Origin: Christensenella sp. UBA4626
GTDB taxonomy: Bacteria > Bacillota > Clostridia > Christensenellales > UBA1242
Assembly (NCBI GenBank): GCA_002406115.1
Contig: DHNC01000035.1
Span: 23,349-87,348 of the forward strand
Length of the DNA: 64,000 bases
Direction: 5' to 3'
The translations under genes were made by a program, and so were the position numbers. Shown here one piece after another: positions 1 through 9,834 of this stretch. Within the stretch, counting starts at the first letter, position 1. Each line of letters opens with the position of its first letter. The notes beneath the pieces are model-generated. The model did no database searches, was not told where the DNA came from, and was given only the letters and a program-made list of their open reading frames with translations.

Positions 1-750
1 GAACTTCCAAAACATATCAAGCAAAACACAAAAATGATTGTCGTAACTGGGATGAGCAATGTTACTGGCGAAAGTCCTAATCTTAAAGCGATAGGTGAAA
101 TTGCAAAAAAACATAACATCATTTTTATGGTTGACGGGGCACAATCCAGTGGGCATTTGGTAATAGATTTACAAAATAACAATATTGATATGTATGCGTT
201 TGCAGGGCATAAAGGGCTTTACGCAATAACTGGCGTGGGCGGTTTGATTGTCAACAAAAATTTGCGCTTGACTCCAATTTTGGCTGGCGGCACTGGCACC
301 GAAAGCGAAAAACTGGACCAACCAACCGATTTGCCAGAGGGACAAGAGGCTGGCACTTTACCGTCAATCCCTATTGCGAGTTTGAGGGCGGGCGTTGAGT
401 TTTTGACAAAAAATTTTGATAGCATTCAAAATATCGAAAACGAATTGTCTTGTTATATGTTTGAGCAACTTTCACATTTGAAAGGTGTCAATTTGTATTC
501 CTCACCAAAAAGCAAAATTGTTTTTAGTTTTAATATTGAGGGGTTGGGCTGTTCCGATGTCGCAACCATTTTGGATAACAAATATGGTATTTGTGTCCGT
601 TCTGGTTTGCATTGCGCACCATTGATACACAAAAAACTTGGCACAATAAAAACTGGGGCGGTGCGTGCATCAATCGACTTTTTTAACACAAAACAAGAGA
701 TTGATAGGTTTATTAAAGCGGTCAAAGGAATTCAACTCACTTATTGTTAA
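1..750 (+). CDS. Class V aminotransferase / cysteine desulfurase, C-terminal part (5' end outside window)
   Basis: Frame 1 is open from base 1. Contains AFAGHKGLY (PLP-lysine context) and RSGLHCAP, both typical of NifS/CsdA-type enzymes. Confidence 0.8.
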   Translation, partial: ELPKHIKQNTKMIVVTGMSNVTGESPNLKAIGEIAKKHNIIFMVDGAQSSGHLVIDLQNNNIDMYAFAGHKGLYAITGVGGLIVNKNLRLTPILAGGTGTESEKLDQPTDLPEGQEAGTLPSIPIASLRAGVEFLTKNFDSIQNIENELSCYMFEQLSHLKGVNLYSSPKSKIVFSFNIEGLGCSDVATILDNKYGICVRSGLHCAPLIHKKLGTIKTGAVRASIDFFNTKQEIDRFIKAVKGIQLTYC

Positions 751-1504
751 ACATTGGCAGCAATTTGCAAATTAGGGCAAAAAGCACCAGCATACTTCCA
801 AAAATGATGTAGTAAAAATTGTATGGCAAAACAATGCTACTAAACAACAAAACCAACCCACAAGTAAAATAGGATTTGGATTTTGAGGCGTTAAAAAAGT
901 TGACCGCAAAATCTTTCCAACTGAATTTCTTTTGTTCAAGATTTAGGTCAGAATAATCAATTTTCACATTTGCCAAAACAAATTTTTCAAACAGTTTTTC
1001 TTTGTTAATAATCTCGATTTTTTTGCCTTTTAAAATGTCCAATTTCAAACTTTTATCGGCATTTTTGCATATAATTGTAAGGCTATCAAAATCATATTTT
1101 TTTGCACTCGCAATTATATTTAAAAAGTTTGCTTCATCCAAAACATCGACGTTTAGAGCCGAAAAATATATATGATTTTTTGCCTTATAAAAACCGTCAA
1201 AAATCTTATCCACATCAAAACATTTGTTCAAAATTTCAAATTGTTTGTTGGCGTCCAAAAGCCTAAATGCCAAAAAAGTTTTTTCAATATCTTCATTTTT
1301 AAGTTTTAATTTTGTTATCTTGGATTGCTTTTTGTTTGAAAAATAAAACAGCAAAAAACATATGCAAAATGCAATCAAAACGCTCAACCAAAATGTTGCG
1401 GTCAGACTTTTGATATAAAAATTTATCCAAGCAAAACAAATCAAAAACACACATAATGCCACAAAAATCTTGTCTATTAAATTTACAACTTTAAACCTTG
1501 ACAT
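737..1504 (-). CDS. Hypothetical membrane protein (2 N-terminal and 2 C-terminal TM segments around a soluble core)
   Basis: Long ORF with hydrophobic stretches at both ends. No recognisable motif. Start uncertain (ATG 1504 or TTG 1540) and no clear SD. Confidence 0.5.
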   Translation of the reverse strand: MSRFKVVNLIDKIFVALCVFLICFAWINFYIKSLTATFWLSVLIAFCICFLLFYFSNKKQSKITKLKLKNEDIEKTFLAFRLLDANKQFEILNKCFDVDKIFDGFYKAKNHIYFSALNVDVLDEANFLNIIASAKKYDFDSLTIICKNADKSLKLDILKGKKIEIINKEKLFEKFVLANVKIDYSDLNLEQKKFSWKDFAVNFFNASKSKSYFTCGLVLLFSSIVLPYNFYYIIFGSMLVLFALICKLLPMFNNK

Positions 1505-1704
1505 GATAAAATTTTTTACATATTTATAAAATTTAATCAAAAAGTATGCGTTTTTGCAGTATTTTTTGCGTTTTTTCGTAATTTTTTTAAAATTTTTTAA
1601 TTATTCCACATTTTTTATTTGCGTTTATATTGATTTGGGTTTGATTTTATTTGATTTGACAAATTGCTACAGAAAATATAAAATAAACATAATAGGGGAA
1701 AAAT

Positions 1705-2982
1705 ATGAAAGAGCAAACTTTAAATCTTGACGATTTGATTTTAAAAAAAGTTAAGGCTGAAACACTTACAAAACAGGATTATGACCGCATCGTGCGTTAC
1801 ATGGTGGGGAATGGCGTTGACAAAAACACCAAAAAGATTTTTATTGCTTTGGATCAGTTTGGGATGACAAAAGATGAAGTGTTGAATTTTTCTTTGGCGA
1901 TAAAGGAAAGTGGTTTAAGTTACAAATCAAACGATTGCATTTTAGAAAAACATTCCACTGGCGGCATTGGCGATAGCACAAGCCTGATTTTAATTCCTTT
2001 GCTCAGTTGCTTGGGATATAAGATTATCAAAACAAGTGGTCGCTCGCTGGTCTATGCAAACGGAAGTGCGGATAGGTTTAAAGCAATCCCTGGGTTTGAG
2101 CCATTGGAGTTTGATGAAATAGATGAAGCTATGACACGTTTTAATGCTTGCGTTTTAAGCCACGGTGCAGAATATTGCCCAGCGGACAAAATTTTGTATA
2201 AAGTTATCGAAACTTGCCATCTTGAAAGTAATATAAACTTTTTGGCTTCATCAATTGTTGCAAAAAAACTTACCAGTGGTGCAAGTGTTGTGTTGGTAGA
2301 CATCAAATACGGTGAAGCGAGCATGATTGAAGATTATTCAACCGCTTGCAGGCTTGAATCAATTTTGAGATACGTTTTCAAAAAATGTGGCGTTAAATGT
2401 ATCATTGCAATCACAAACACTCATCAACTTATCGGTCAAAGCGTTGGCAATGCTGTTGAAGTTGAGGATGCATTGGATGTTTTGCAAGGCAAGCACAATA
2501 TGCTGCGTGATGTTTCCACAAAATATGCGGTTGAAATGATGCTTAAAGTTGACAATCGCCTGAGCCGTAAAGATGCGGAAGATATGGTGAACACCGCTTT
2601 GGATACTGGCCTTGCATATAATCAGTTTTTGAATATTGTCAAAATGCAACACGGAGATGTTGAAGTTGTTAAGAATAGGGAGTTTTTCACACCAAAACTT
2701 CAAATCACATTCAAGGCGGATCGTCCTGGCTATGTTGGCAATATAAACGCTCTTTTGATGGGCGAATTGATACGCCGCCTATGCTCAAATAATCATAACG
2801 ACGATATCGGACTTGTTTTGAATGTGAAAATCGGCGATTATATAAATAAAGGTGACACAATTTTGACTTTATATTATGAGAATGAGGACCAGGTTAAACA
2901 GTATTTAAACGCTGTGAGAGGTTGCGTCCGTTTGACAAATGTAAAGGTTAAAAAAGTAAATCCGATTAAAAGGTTGGGATAA
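1705..2982 (+). CDS. pdp: Pyrimidine-nucleoside (thymidine) phosphorylase
   Basis: 425 aa with the HSTGGIGD motif and the overall thymidine phosphorylase family layout. SD AGGGGA lies upstream. Confidence 0.9.
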   Translation: MKEQTLNLDDLILKKVKAETLTKQDYDRIVRYMVGNGVDKNTKKIFIALDQFGMTKDEVLNFSLAIKESGLSYKSNDCILEKHSTGGIGDSTSLILIPLLSCLGYKIIKTSGRSLVYANGSADRFKAIPGFEPLEFDEIDEAMTRFNACVLSHGAEYCPADKILYKVIETCHLESNINFLASSIVAKKLTSGASVVLVDIKYGEASMIEDYSTACRLESILRYVFKKCGVKCIIAITNTHQLIGQSVGNAVEVEDALDVLQGKHNMLRDVSTKYAVEMMLKVDNRLSRKDAEDMVNTALDTGLAYNQFLNIVKMQHGDVEVVKNREFFTPKLQITFKADRPGYVGNINALLMGELIRRLCSNNHNDDIGLVLNVKIGDYINKGDTILTLYYENEDQVKQYLNAVRGCVRLTNVKVKKVNPIKRLG

Positions 2983-3392
2983 TGGAATATACAGTTGACT
3001 CGCTATTGCAGACGGAAAAATTGGCAAACGAATTTGTAAAAACGCTCAAACCCGGCGATGTTGTGGTTTTGCATGGCGATTTGGGTGCTGGCAAGACCAC
3101 TTTTACACAGTTTGTTTTTAAAGCACTTGGCGTGAAAGAGAATGTTACAAGCCCAACTTTTGCAATCTTAAAAACCTATCATGGCAAATTTGTTTTGCAC
3201 CATTTTGACGTTTATAGGATTACGGCAGATGAGGCCATCGAAGCGGGTTTTGATGAAATACTTGATGAAAAGGATAGTATAAAATTTGTTGAGTGGAGCG
3301 AAAATATTGCCTCACTTTTGCCAGAAAATTTGATACGTGTAAACATAAAATACATCAATGAAAATACGAGGAAGTTTAGTATAGAAAGATGA
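2982..3392 (+). CDS. tsaE: tRNA t6A37 biosynthesis ATPase TsaE
   Basis: 136 aa with GDLGAGKTTF P-loop, SPTF and HFDVYRI motifs. Start overlaps the pdp stop. Confidence 0.9.
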   Translation: MEYTVDSLLQTEKLANEFVKTLKPGDVVVLHGDLGAGKTTFTQFVFKALGVKENVTSPTFAILKTYHGKFVLHHFDVYRITADEAIEAGFDEILDEKDSIKFVEWSENIASLLPENLIRVNIKYINENTRKFSIER

Positions 3393-4432
3393 ATACATTG
3401 ATTATAAATACAGCAAATGAAAATTTGGAAATTGTCTTGAAAAAGCAAGACGATATTTTTTGCAAAATTTTAAATTCAAGTTCGCATCACAACGAAACAA
3501 TGTTGCCAGCAGTGGATGAGATTTTAAAACAAAACAACTTAAATATAAAAGATGTGGACAAGGTTGGCGTGGTGATTGGCCCTGGTTCTTTCACTGGAAT
3601 AAGGGTTGGTATTGCAACAATTAAGGCGTTTAGGGATGCTTTAAATATCGAGGCAAAGGGCATAAATAATTTGGACTATCTTTTTGCCTTGGCAAGCAAA
3701 CAAAACAAAGACTGCAAAACTGTTGCAATTCTTGGCAGCAAAAATAGTTATTTTGTTGCAACGCTTGTGAATGGAATGGTATATAAATATGAAAGGAATT
3801 TGACAAAACAGGAACTTTTGGATGTTGCACAGGGCGGTGTGATTGGGATGTTTAAATATGATAGCAATCTACCATGCTTTGAAGTTGAACTTGATGCAAA
3901 AGTTTTGCTTGATTGCTTTGAAAAAAGTGTAGACCATGCGTTGGTGCCAGTGTATTACCAATTGTCGCAAGCGGAAAGTGAAAAAATTAAGCGCGCAACA
4001 CTTGAAATCAAGGAAGCAGAGGTGCAAGATTTGATAGAGGTTTGCAAAATTGAGCAAGAAACAAATTTGCCAAACAAGATGAATAAAAGCGATTTTAAAA
4101 GTTCAATCTTAAACCCTAATCATAGGCTATTTGTGGCTTGTTTGGACAAAAAAATCATTGGTTTTATGGTCGTTGAAATGACGGACGAGTTGAATATCGA
4201 AAATATTGTGGTTAAAAAGGAATATAGAAACTATGGCATAGCCACAAGGTTGCTTGAATATGCAAAAGAGTTTGCTGAGTCGGCAAAAATTGATAGGCTG
4301 AGTTTGGAAGTGTCAAAAAACAACATCACAGCATTTTTGCTTTACAAAAAATTTGGATTTGAAATTAGACGAGTTAGAAAATCATATTATTTAGATGGGT
4401 CTGACGCTTTTGAGATGGTTAAAGAGGTTTAA
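3389..4432 (+). CDS. tsaB: TsaB (t6A37 protein) fused to RimI-type GNAT N-acetyltransferase
   Basis: N-terminal GPGSFTGIRVG (TsaB). The C-terminal ~145 aa carry a GNAT motif (VVKKEYRNYGIATRLL). Overlaps the tsaE stop by 4 nt. Confidence 0.8.
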   Translation: MNTLIINTANENLEIVLKKQDDIFCKILNSSSHHNETMLPAVDEILKQNNLNIKDVDKVGVVIGPGSFTGIRVGIATIKAFRDALNIEAKGINNLDYLFALASKQNKDCKTVAILGSKNSYFVATLVNGMVYKYERNLTKQELLDVAQGGVIGMFKYDSNLPCFEVELDAKVLLDCFEKSVDHALVPVYYQLSQAESEKIKRATLEIKEAEVQDLIEVCKIEQETNLPNKMNKSDFKSSILNPNHRLFVACLDKKIIGFMVVEMTDELNIENIVVKKEYRNYGIATRLLEYAKEFAESAKIDRLSLEVSKNNITAFLLYKKFGFEIRRVRKSYYLDGSDAFEMVKEV

Positions 4433-5931
4433 TTATAGTCGTCTGGTAGGTCGTTTAAAAGCAGTAGAGTGTCGGCAGAACTTAACAAACCAAAATATTG
4501 TTTTGCGTGGTTTAAATCATGTGCAAACAATATTTTTTTTGTTGGGTTGGCGTCTAAAATGCCTTTTGTGATTGCGTCCTTGTTTGTGTGTCCGACAATG
4601 ACGATAAAATCAAATTCACTTAACATTTTGCCAAGTTTTTGATTGATTTTTTCTTGAAATTTTCCGCCTTCAATTATGCCGGGGGTGACAACCATTTTTT
4701 TGCCTGAAGTGTGCTTTAAAACATCCAAAGATTGTTCGGCACTGGTCAAAGAACAATTGTAACTATCATCCAAAATATTTATTTGTCCTTTAATATATTC
4801 CAGCCGGTGAGGGGTTGGGGTTAAGGTGCTGATTGCTTTGCTTAAATCTTCTTTGGATATTCCAAGATTTATTGCCAAAGCGGCGGCAAGCAAAATATCT
4901 ATAATATTGTTTTTGCCAAGCAGCCGTGTTTTGCAATTAAACTCAAAATCTTTACAATGCAAAACAAACCTCATTTCAAAATCTTCAATTTTAATATCTG
5001 TTGCAAAAATATCAGAGGATTTATTTAAAGTTGAAACGGAAAATTTTCCGCCAATTTTTTCATCAAAAAGCGGTCTGATTTTTTCGCAATCCAAATTGTA
5101 AACGCAAGGTTTTTCTTTTAAAAATACGCATAGTTCATTTTTGGTTTTTACGATGTTTTCAATCGTCCTAAAAGTTTGCAAATGTTGTGGCGAAATTTGA
5201 GTTAAAATCCCATAGTCTGCACCAAACAAATTGCATAATTTTTTTATGTCATTTTTATGCCTTGCACCATATTCTAGAATTATAAAATCAACATTTAAAT
5301 CGGATTGATTTATAAACTTGCTTATTCCAAGTGGAGTGTTAAAACTCTTTGGCGGAGCAATCACTTTATATTTCCTTTTTAACATAGAAAACAAAATATT
5401 TTTAACTGTTGTTTTCCCGTTGCTGCCAGTTATTGCAATTACCTTTGTGTTGCTGTTTTTTATTTTATTTTGAGCGGTCTTTATAAATTTATTGTTTTTA
5501 ATTTTATTATAAAAATTTAAAAAATTTGCAAAAAACGGTGCAAAAATCATTAAAATTATGCTTAAAATTGCATAATTTAAGAAAAATACTGGCAAAATTT
5601 CAATTATTGAGGCAATTATGTAAATATTTTTTAACCTATTTGTTACAACTATCGGGGTCTTGTTGTTTGCTGCAATTTTGCAATAAATAAAGGGTAAAAA
5701 TAATAGAATAATTAAATTTGAAAAAAATGTGAAAAATAAATTAAAAATTAAAATTTGTGCGACAAAAATTGACAGAGAAAACACCTCAAAAATCCAATAT
5801 TTGAAATTAAAATATGATAAATATCGTATTGTGTTGTAATCTCGCAATTGAAATAAATGCAAATAATTTTGCAAACATATTATATTTGTTATCCCGATAG
5901 CGAAATTTAAATAATAATTAAAATAAATCAT
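4429..5931 (-). CDS. murF: Mur ligase, MurF-like (UDP-MurNAc-tripeptide--D-Ala-D-Ala ligase) with N-terminal multi-pass membrane region
   Basis: ITGSNGKTT P-loop at about residue 168, then DDSYNCS and TPGIIEGG motifs of the Mur ligase central and C-terminal domains. The first ~160 aa are hydrophobic. ddl is nearby. Confidence 0.7.
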   Translation of the reverse strand: MIYFNYYLNFAIGITNIICLQNYLHLFQLRDYNTIRYLSYFNFKYWIFEVFSLSIFVAQILIFNLFFTFFSNLIILLFLPFIYCKIAANNKTPIVVTNRLKNIYIIASIIEILPVFFLNYAILSIILMIFAPFFANFLNFYNKIKNNKFIKTAQNKIKNSNTKVIAITGSNGKTTVKNILFSMLKRKYKVIAPPKSFNTPLGISKFINQSDLNVDFIILEYGARHKNDIKKLCNLFGADYGILTQISPQHLQTFRTIENIVKTKNELCVFLKEKPCVYNLDCEKIRPLFDEKIGGKFSVSTLNKSSDIFATDIKIEDFEMRFVLHCKDFEFNCKTRLLGKNNIIDILLAAALAINLGISKEDLSKAISTLTPTPHRLEYIKGQINILDDSYNCSLTSAEQSLDVLKHTSGKKMVVTPGIIEGGKFQEKINQKLGKMLSEFDFIVIVGHTNKDAITKGILDANPTKKILFAHDLNHAKQYFGLLSSADTLLLLNDLPDDYN

Positions 5932-6656
5932 AAAAAATTTACCAAAAAATTGTTAAAAATAGCGTTTTGTTTTAGATATGCAAAATGGTCTGAATTTGCA
6001 ACATAAATCCTTGTTTGATGTTTGTTCTTTTTGATAATTTCATGAGCAATCCAGATAGGTGTTTCTTTGTCAAATTTGCCCCAAAAAAGTAAAATTGGAA
6101 AAGAGAAATTTATCATATTTTTTGTGTTTAAATTTACAACATTTTTAAAGGTTTGCTTGTTTGTATGGCTAAGTCCAAAATAATCCAACTTTTTAATTTT
6201 TTCTAACAAAAATTCATTTTTTTTGTGTTTTAATAGGCAAATTGTGTTATTTTTATCTATTTTTTTAAATAAATTAAATTTTTTTAAGCCGGCACCGCCC
6301 GTTGCAACCATTTTTTTAATATTGAAATTTTTGTCGTTTTTTGCAATCAAATTTAGGATTGTGACAACCCTAAAACCAAAACTGTGACAGACAATCTTGA
6401 TGCTAGCGATGTTAAGATTTTTGATTAAACAATAAACACAATTTGCGAAGTCAAACATATCCCAAATTTGATTGGTTGGGCTGATTGTGGGAAGGGTGAT
6501 AGCAAGCACATTTTGAGTTGCTTTTAAAATGTTTATCGAAGCGTCAAATGAATGTTTGTTGCCTCCCCAGCCGTGCAAAAACAAAACGCAATCATTTGTG
6601 TTTTTGTGGCTGCGATAATATGTGTAATCAATGACTTCGCCATGATAGCAAAACAT
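5928..6656 (-). CDS. Alpha/beta hydrolase
   Basis: 242 aa with HGWGG oxyanion-type motif and nucleophile elbow HSFG. Its stop overlaps the murF-like start by 4 nt (same operon). Confidence 0.7.
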   Translation of the reverse strand: MFCYHGEVIDYTYYRSHKNTNDCVLFLHGWGGNKHSFDASINILKATQNVLAITLPTISPTNQIWDMFDFANCVYCLIKNLNIASIKIVCHSFGFRVVTILNLIAKNDKNFNIKKMVATGGAGLKKFNLFKKIDKNNTICLLKHKKNEFLLEKIKKLDYFGLSHTNKQTFKNVVNLNTKNMINFSFPILLFWGKFDKETPIWIAHEIIKKNKHQTRIYVANSDHFAYLKQNAIFNNFLVNFL

Positions 6657-6735
6657 AATAGTTTTTATGAAAATATTTTTGAAATTGTCCTAAGCGGGCA
6701 GTAAACAAAAAGCAAAAGAAAGAATATAAAATAAC

Positions 6736-7809
6736 ATGAAAAAAATTTGTGTAGTTTTTGGTGGGCAAAGCCCCGAGCATGATGTGTCCATAATCACAGG
6801 GATGCAGTGTGCAAAATTTTTACAGGCAAAATATGATATTGAAAAAGTATATTTAGGGCTTGATAATAAATTTTATTTAGCAACAGATATTGACGATTTA
6901 ACTCAATTTTCCAACAAACAAAATTTAAAATTAAAGCCAGTCATTTTTGCTGATGGATTATATAAATTAGGCTTTGGACTTAAAAAAATTTGTGATGTCA
7001 GTTGCGTGGTGAATTGCTGCCATGGTGGCGTGGGTGAAAACGGTGCTTTGGCGGGCTTTTTTGAGGCTGTGGGCGTAAAGCAAACTACGGCATCCTGTTT
7101 GGCTTGCGGTATTGCAATGGATAAAAGCCTAACAAAGGAATTGGTTTCAAAAATTTGCGCCACGGCAAAAGGTGTTAAAATTGACAAGCAAAATTTTAAA
7201 GCTATGACCGAATACGTTATTGAAAACTTCAATTCCAAATTTATTGTAAAGCCAAATGCATTAGGCTCTTCGATAGGGGTAAAGGTTTGTGATAAAACCG
7301 ATTTTAAAGACCAAATTGAGGCAATTTTTGAACTCAATGATGACGCCCTTGTCGAAGAAAAAATAGAGCCGATGATTGAACTCAATCAAGCCTGCTACAA
7401 AAAAGGCGACCAATTGGTTTTGAGTGCGATAGAACAGCCGCTTAGCCACGCCGACTTTTTGACGTTTGACGAAAAATATCGTCATGAAAGCAAAACCAAA
7501 ATGAAGGACAGAATCATCCCAGCGAAAATTGACAAATCGCTTGAAGAGCAAATCAAAACGACCACAACTCTCATTTACGAAAAACTATACATGAATGGTG
7601 TGGTGAGAATTGATTATATGTTCAATTTAGAAACAAAAACATTGTATTTCAACGAAATCAACACAATCCCCGGCAGTTTGGCGTTTTACTTGTTTGAGCC
7701 GATTGGTATCGACTACATCAGCCTGATTGAGGATTTGATTGCCAACGCAACCACCCCAAAAAAATATTCGTATTTTGACACCAAGATACTTACAAAAAAA
7801 TTGCTTTAA
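6736..7809 (+). CDS. ddl: D-alanine--D-alanine ligase
   Basis: 357 aa with N-terminal VVFGGQSPEHDVSIITG and C-terminal ATP-grasp NEINTIPG motif. Confidence 0.9.
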   Translation: MKKICVVFGGQSPEHDVSIITGMQCAKFLQAKYDIEKVYLGLDNKFYLATDIDDLTQFSNKQNLKLKPVIFADGLYKLGFGLKKICDVSCVVNCCHGGVGENGALAGFFEAVGVKQTTASCLACGIAMDKSLTKELVSKICATAKGVKIDKQNFKAMTEYVIENFNSKFIVKPNALGSSIGVKVCDKTDFKDQIEAIFELNDDALVEEKIEPMIELNQACYKKGDQLVLSAIEQPLSHADFLTFDEKYRHESKTKMKDRIIPAKIDKSLEEQIKTTTTLIYEKLYMNGVVRIDYMFNLETKTLYFNEINTIPGSLAFYLFEPIGIDYISLIEDLIANATTPKKYSYFDTKILTKKLL

Positions 7810-7869
7810 AAAAAATAATTTGGTATAATAACCCTGTAAAATAACAATATTTGAAGAAAGGGGTTAATT

Positions 7870-9834
7870 GTGTCTGCTAGTTATGATAGTAAAGATTTGA
7901 TTGTTTTGGAAGGGCTGGATGCTGTACGTATGCGCCCGGGTATGTATATAGGTACAACAGGTGTAAAAGGTCTTCACCACTTGCTTTGGGAAATTATTGA
8001 CAACGCCATTGATGAGGTGGCAAATGGTTACGGCAACAAGGTCGAGGTTACTTTGCACAAAGACGGCACTGCGTCGGTTATGGACAACGGTCGTGGTATT
8101 CCAGTAAGCCCACACCCAAAACTTAAAATCAGCGGTGTAGAGGTGGTTTTCACTCAACTGCACGCTGGTGGCAAATTTGGCGATAACAACTACAAATATT
8201 CCGGCGGTTTGCACGGCGTTGGTGCTTCTGTTACAAACGCTCTCAGCCGTTATTTGGAAGTTACTGTTTTTAAAGACGGTCACAAATATTTTGCAAGGTT
8301 TGAGTCGGTTGAAAAGAACGGGAAAATCCACAGCGGTGTTCCAGTTCAACATTTGACCGAAATGGGCAAAACAACTTTAAAAGGCACTTATGTTCGCTTT
8401 TTGCCGGACGATAGGGTGTTTAAAGATATAAAATTTGATTACGATACGGTTTACGAACGTCTTAAAGAAACGGCATTTTTAAACAAAGGTGTGCACATCG
8501 AATTGATTGACGAACGCACCAACAAGCACGAAACTTTGTGCTTTGAAGGCGGTATCAGAGATTACGTAACCAGCCTTACAATGGACAAAAAACCATTGTT
8601 TGTGCCACCAATTTACATTGAAAATGAGATTGACGATACATTTGTATCGCTTTCTTTGCAATATGTTGATAATTACACCGAAAGCATTTATAGTTACGTC
8701 AACAACATTCCAACCCCAGAGGGCGGCACACACGAGGTTGGCTTTAAAACCGCACTCACAAAAGTGCTTAACGATTTTGCAAAAAAGCACGGACTTGTTA
8801 AAGATAAGGATATTCCTTTTATTGGCGATGACTTCCGTGAAGGGCTTGTGGCAGTGCTTGCAATCAAGATGAAAAATGTTCAGTTTGAGGGGCAAACCAA
8901 AACCAAACTTGGCAATGTTGAGGCTCGTTCTAGGGTGGAAAGTGTCTGCACACAAGGTTTAAACGAGTTTTTCCAAGCAAAGAAAAACGAAAATATTGGC
9001 AATATTATCATAGATAAGGCAAAAGGTGCGGCACGTGTTAGAGCGGCAGCAAAACACGCCAAAGATTTGACAAGGGCAAAGAACTCAATTGAGGGCAATA
9101 TGTTGCTTGGCAAACTTGCAAATTGCACCAGCAAAAATCCAGAATTGAACGAGATATTCATTGTAGAAGGTGACTCTGCGGGCGGCACAGCAAAGCAAGG
9201 CAGAGATAGGTATTTCCAAGCGATTTTGCCTTTGCGTGGCAAACCATTAAACAGCGAGAAAAAGCGTATTGACCAAGTGCTTGCAAATGAGGAAATCCGC
9301 ACGATTATCGGTGCGTTTGGAACTGGCATTGGTGAGGACTTTAAACTTGAAAACTTAAAATATCACAAAGTTATCATTTTAAGCGATGCCGACCAAGACG
9401 GTATGCATATCAGATGTATTCTTCTGACTTTCTTTTTCCGTTATATGCGTCCGCTTATCACAAACGGCAATATTTATGTAGGTATGCCACCGCTTTACAA
9501 GGTGACAACTAAAGATAAAACTTGGTATTGTTACACTGATGACGAACTTACAGAAATAACTTCAAAACTTAAAAATTACAATTTGCAAAGGTATAAAGGT
9601 CTTGGCGAAATGAGCGCCGAACAACTTTGGACAACCACCATGGACCCAGCGCACCGCAGCATGATTAGGGTTACTTTGGAAGATGCTATGATGGCGGACA
9701 AGCAAATCAGTATGTGGATGGGCGACGATGTGGGGCCAAGAAAGGATTATATAAACAAAAACGCAAACTTCAACAAAGTTGATGCCTTTGAAACAAAGAA
9801 AAACGACAAGCAAGATAAAGAAGGGGAAAACTAA
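7870..9834 (+). CDS. parE: Type IIA topoisomerase ATPase subunit, ParE-like (GyrB not excluded)
   Basis: GTG start after the SD AAAGGGG. Contains [35 protein letters not shown] and PLRGK motifs. Paired with a ParC-like subunit. Confidence 0.8.
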   Translation: MSASYDSKDLIVLEGLDAVRMRPGMYIGTTGVKGLHHLLWEIIDNAIDEVANGYGNKVEVTLHKDGTASVMDNGRGIPVSPHPKLKISGVEVVFTQLHAGGKFGDNNYKYSGGLHGVGASVTNALSRYLEVTVFKDGHKYFARFESVEKNGKIHSGVPVQHLTEMGKTTLKGTYVRFLPDDRVFKDIKFDYDTVYERLKETAFLNKGVHIELIDERTNKHETLCFEGGIRDYVTSLTMDKKPLFVPPIYIENEIDDTFVSLSLQYVDNYTESIYSYVNNIPTPEGGTHEVGFKTALTKVLNDFAKKHGLVKDKDIPFIGDDFREGLVAVLAIKMKNVQFEGQTKTKLGNVEARSRVESVCTQGLNEFFQAKKNENIGNIIIDKAKGAARVRAAAKHAKDLTRAKNSIEGNMLLGKLANCTSKNPELNEIFIVEGDSAGGTAKQGRDRYFQAILPLRGKPLNSEKKRIDQVLANEEIRTIIGAFGTGIGEDFKLENLKYHKVIILSDADQDGMHIRCILLTFFFRYMRPLITNGNIYVGMPPLYKVTTKDKTWYCYTDDELTEITSKLKNYNLQRYKGLGEMSAEQLWTTTMDPAHRSMIRVTLEDAMMADKQISMWMGDDVGPRKDYINKNANFNKVDAFETKKNDKQDKEGEN

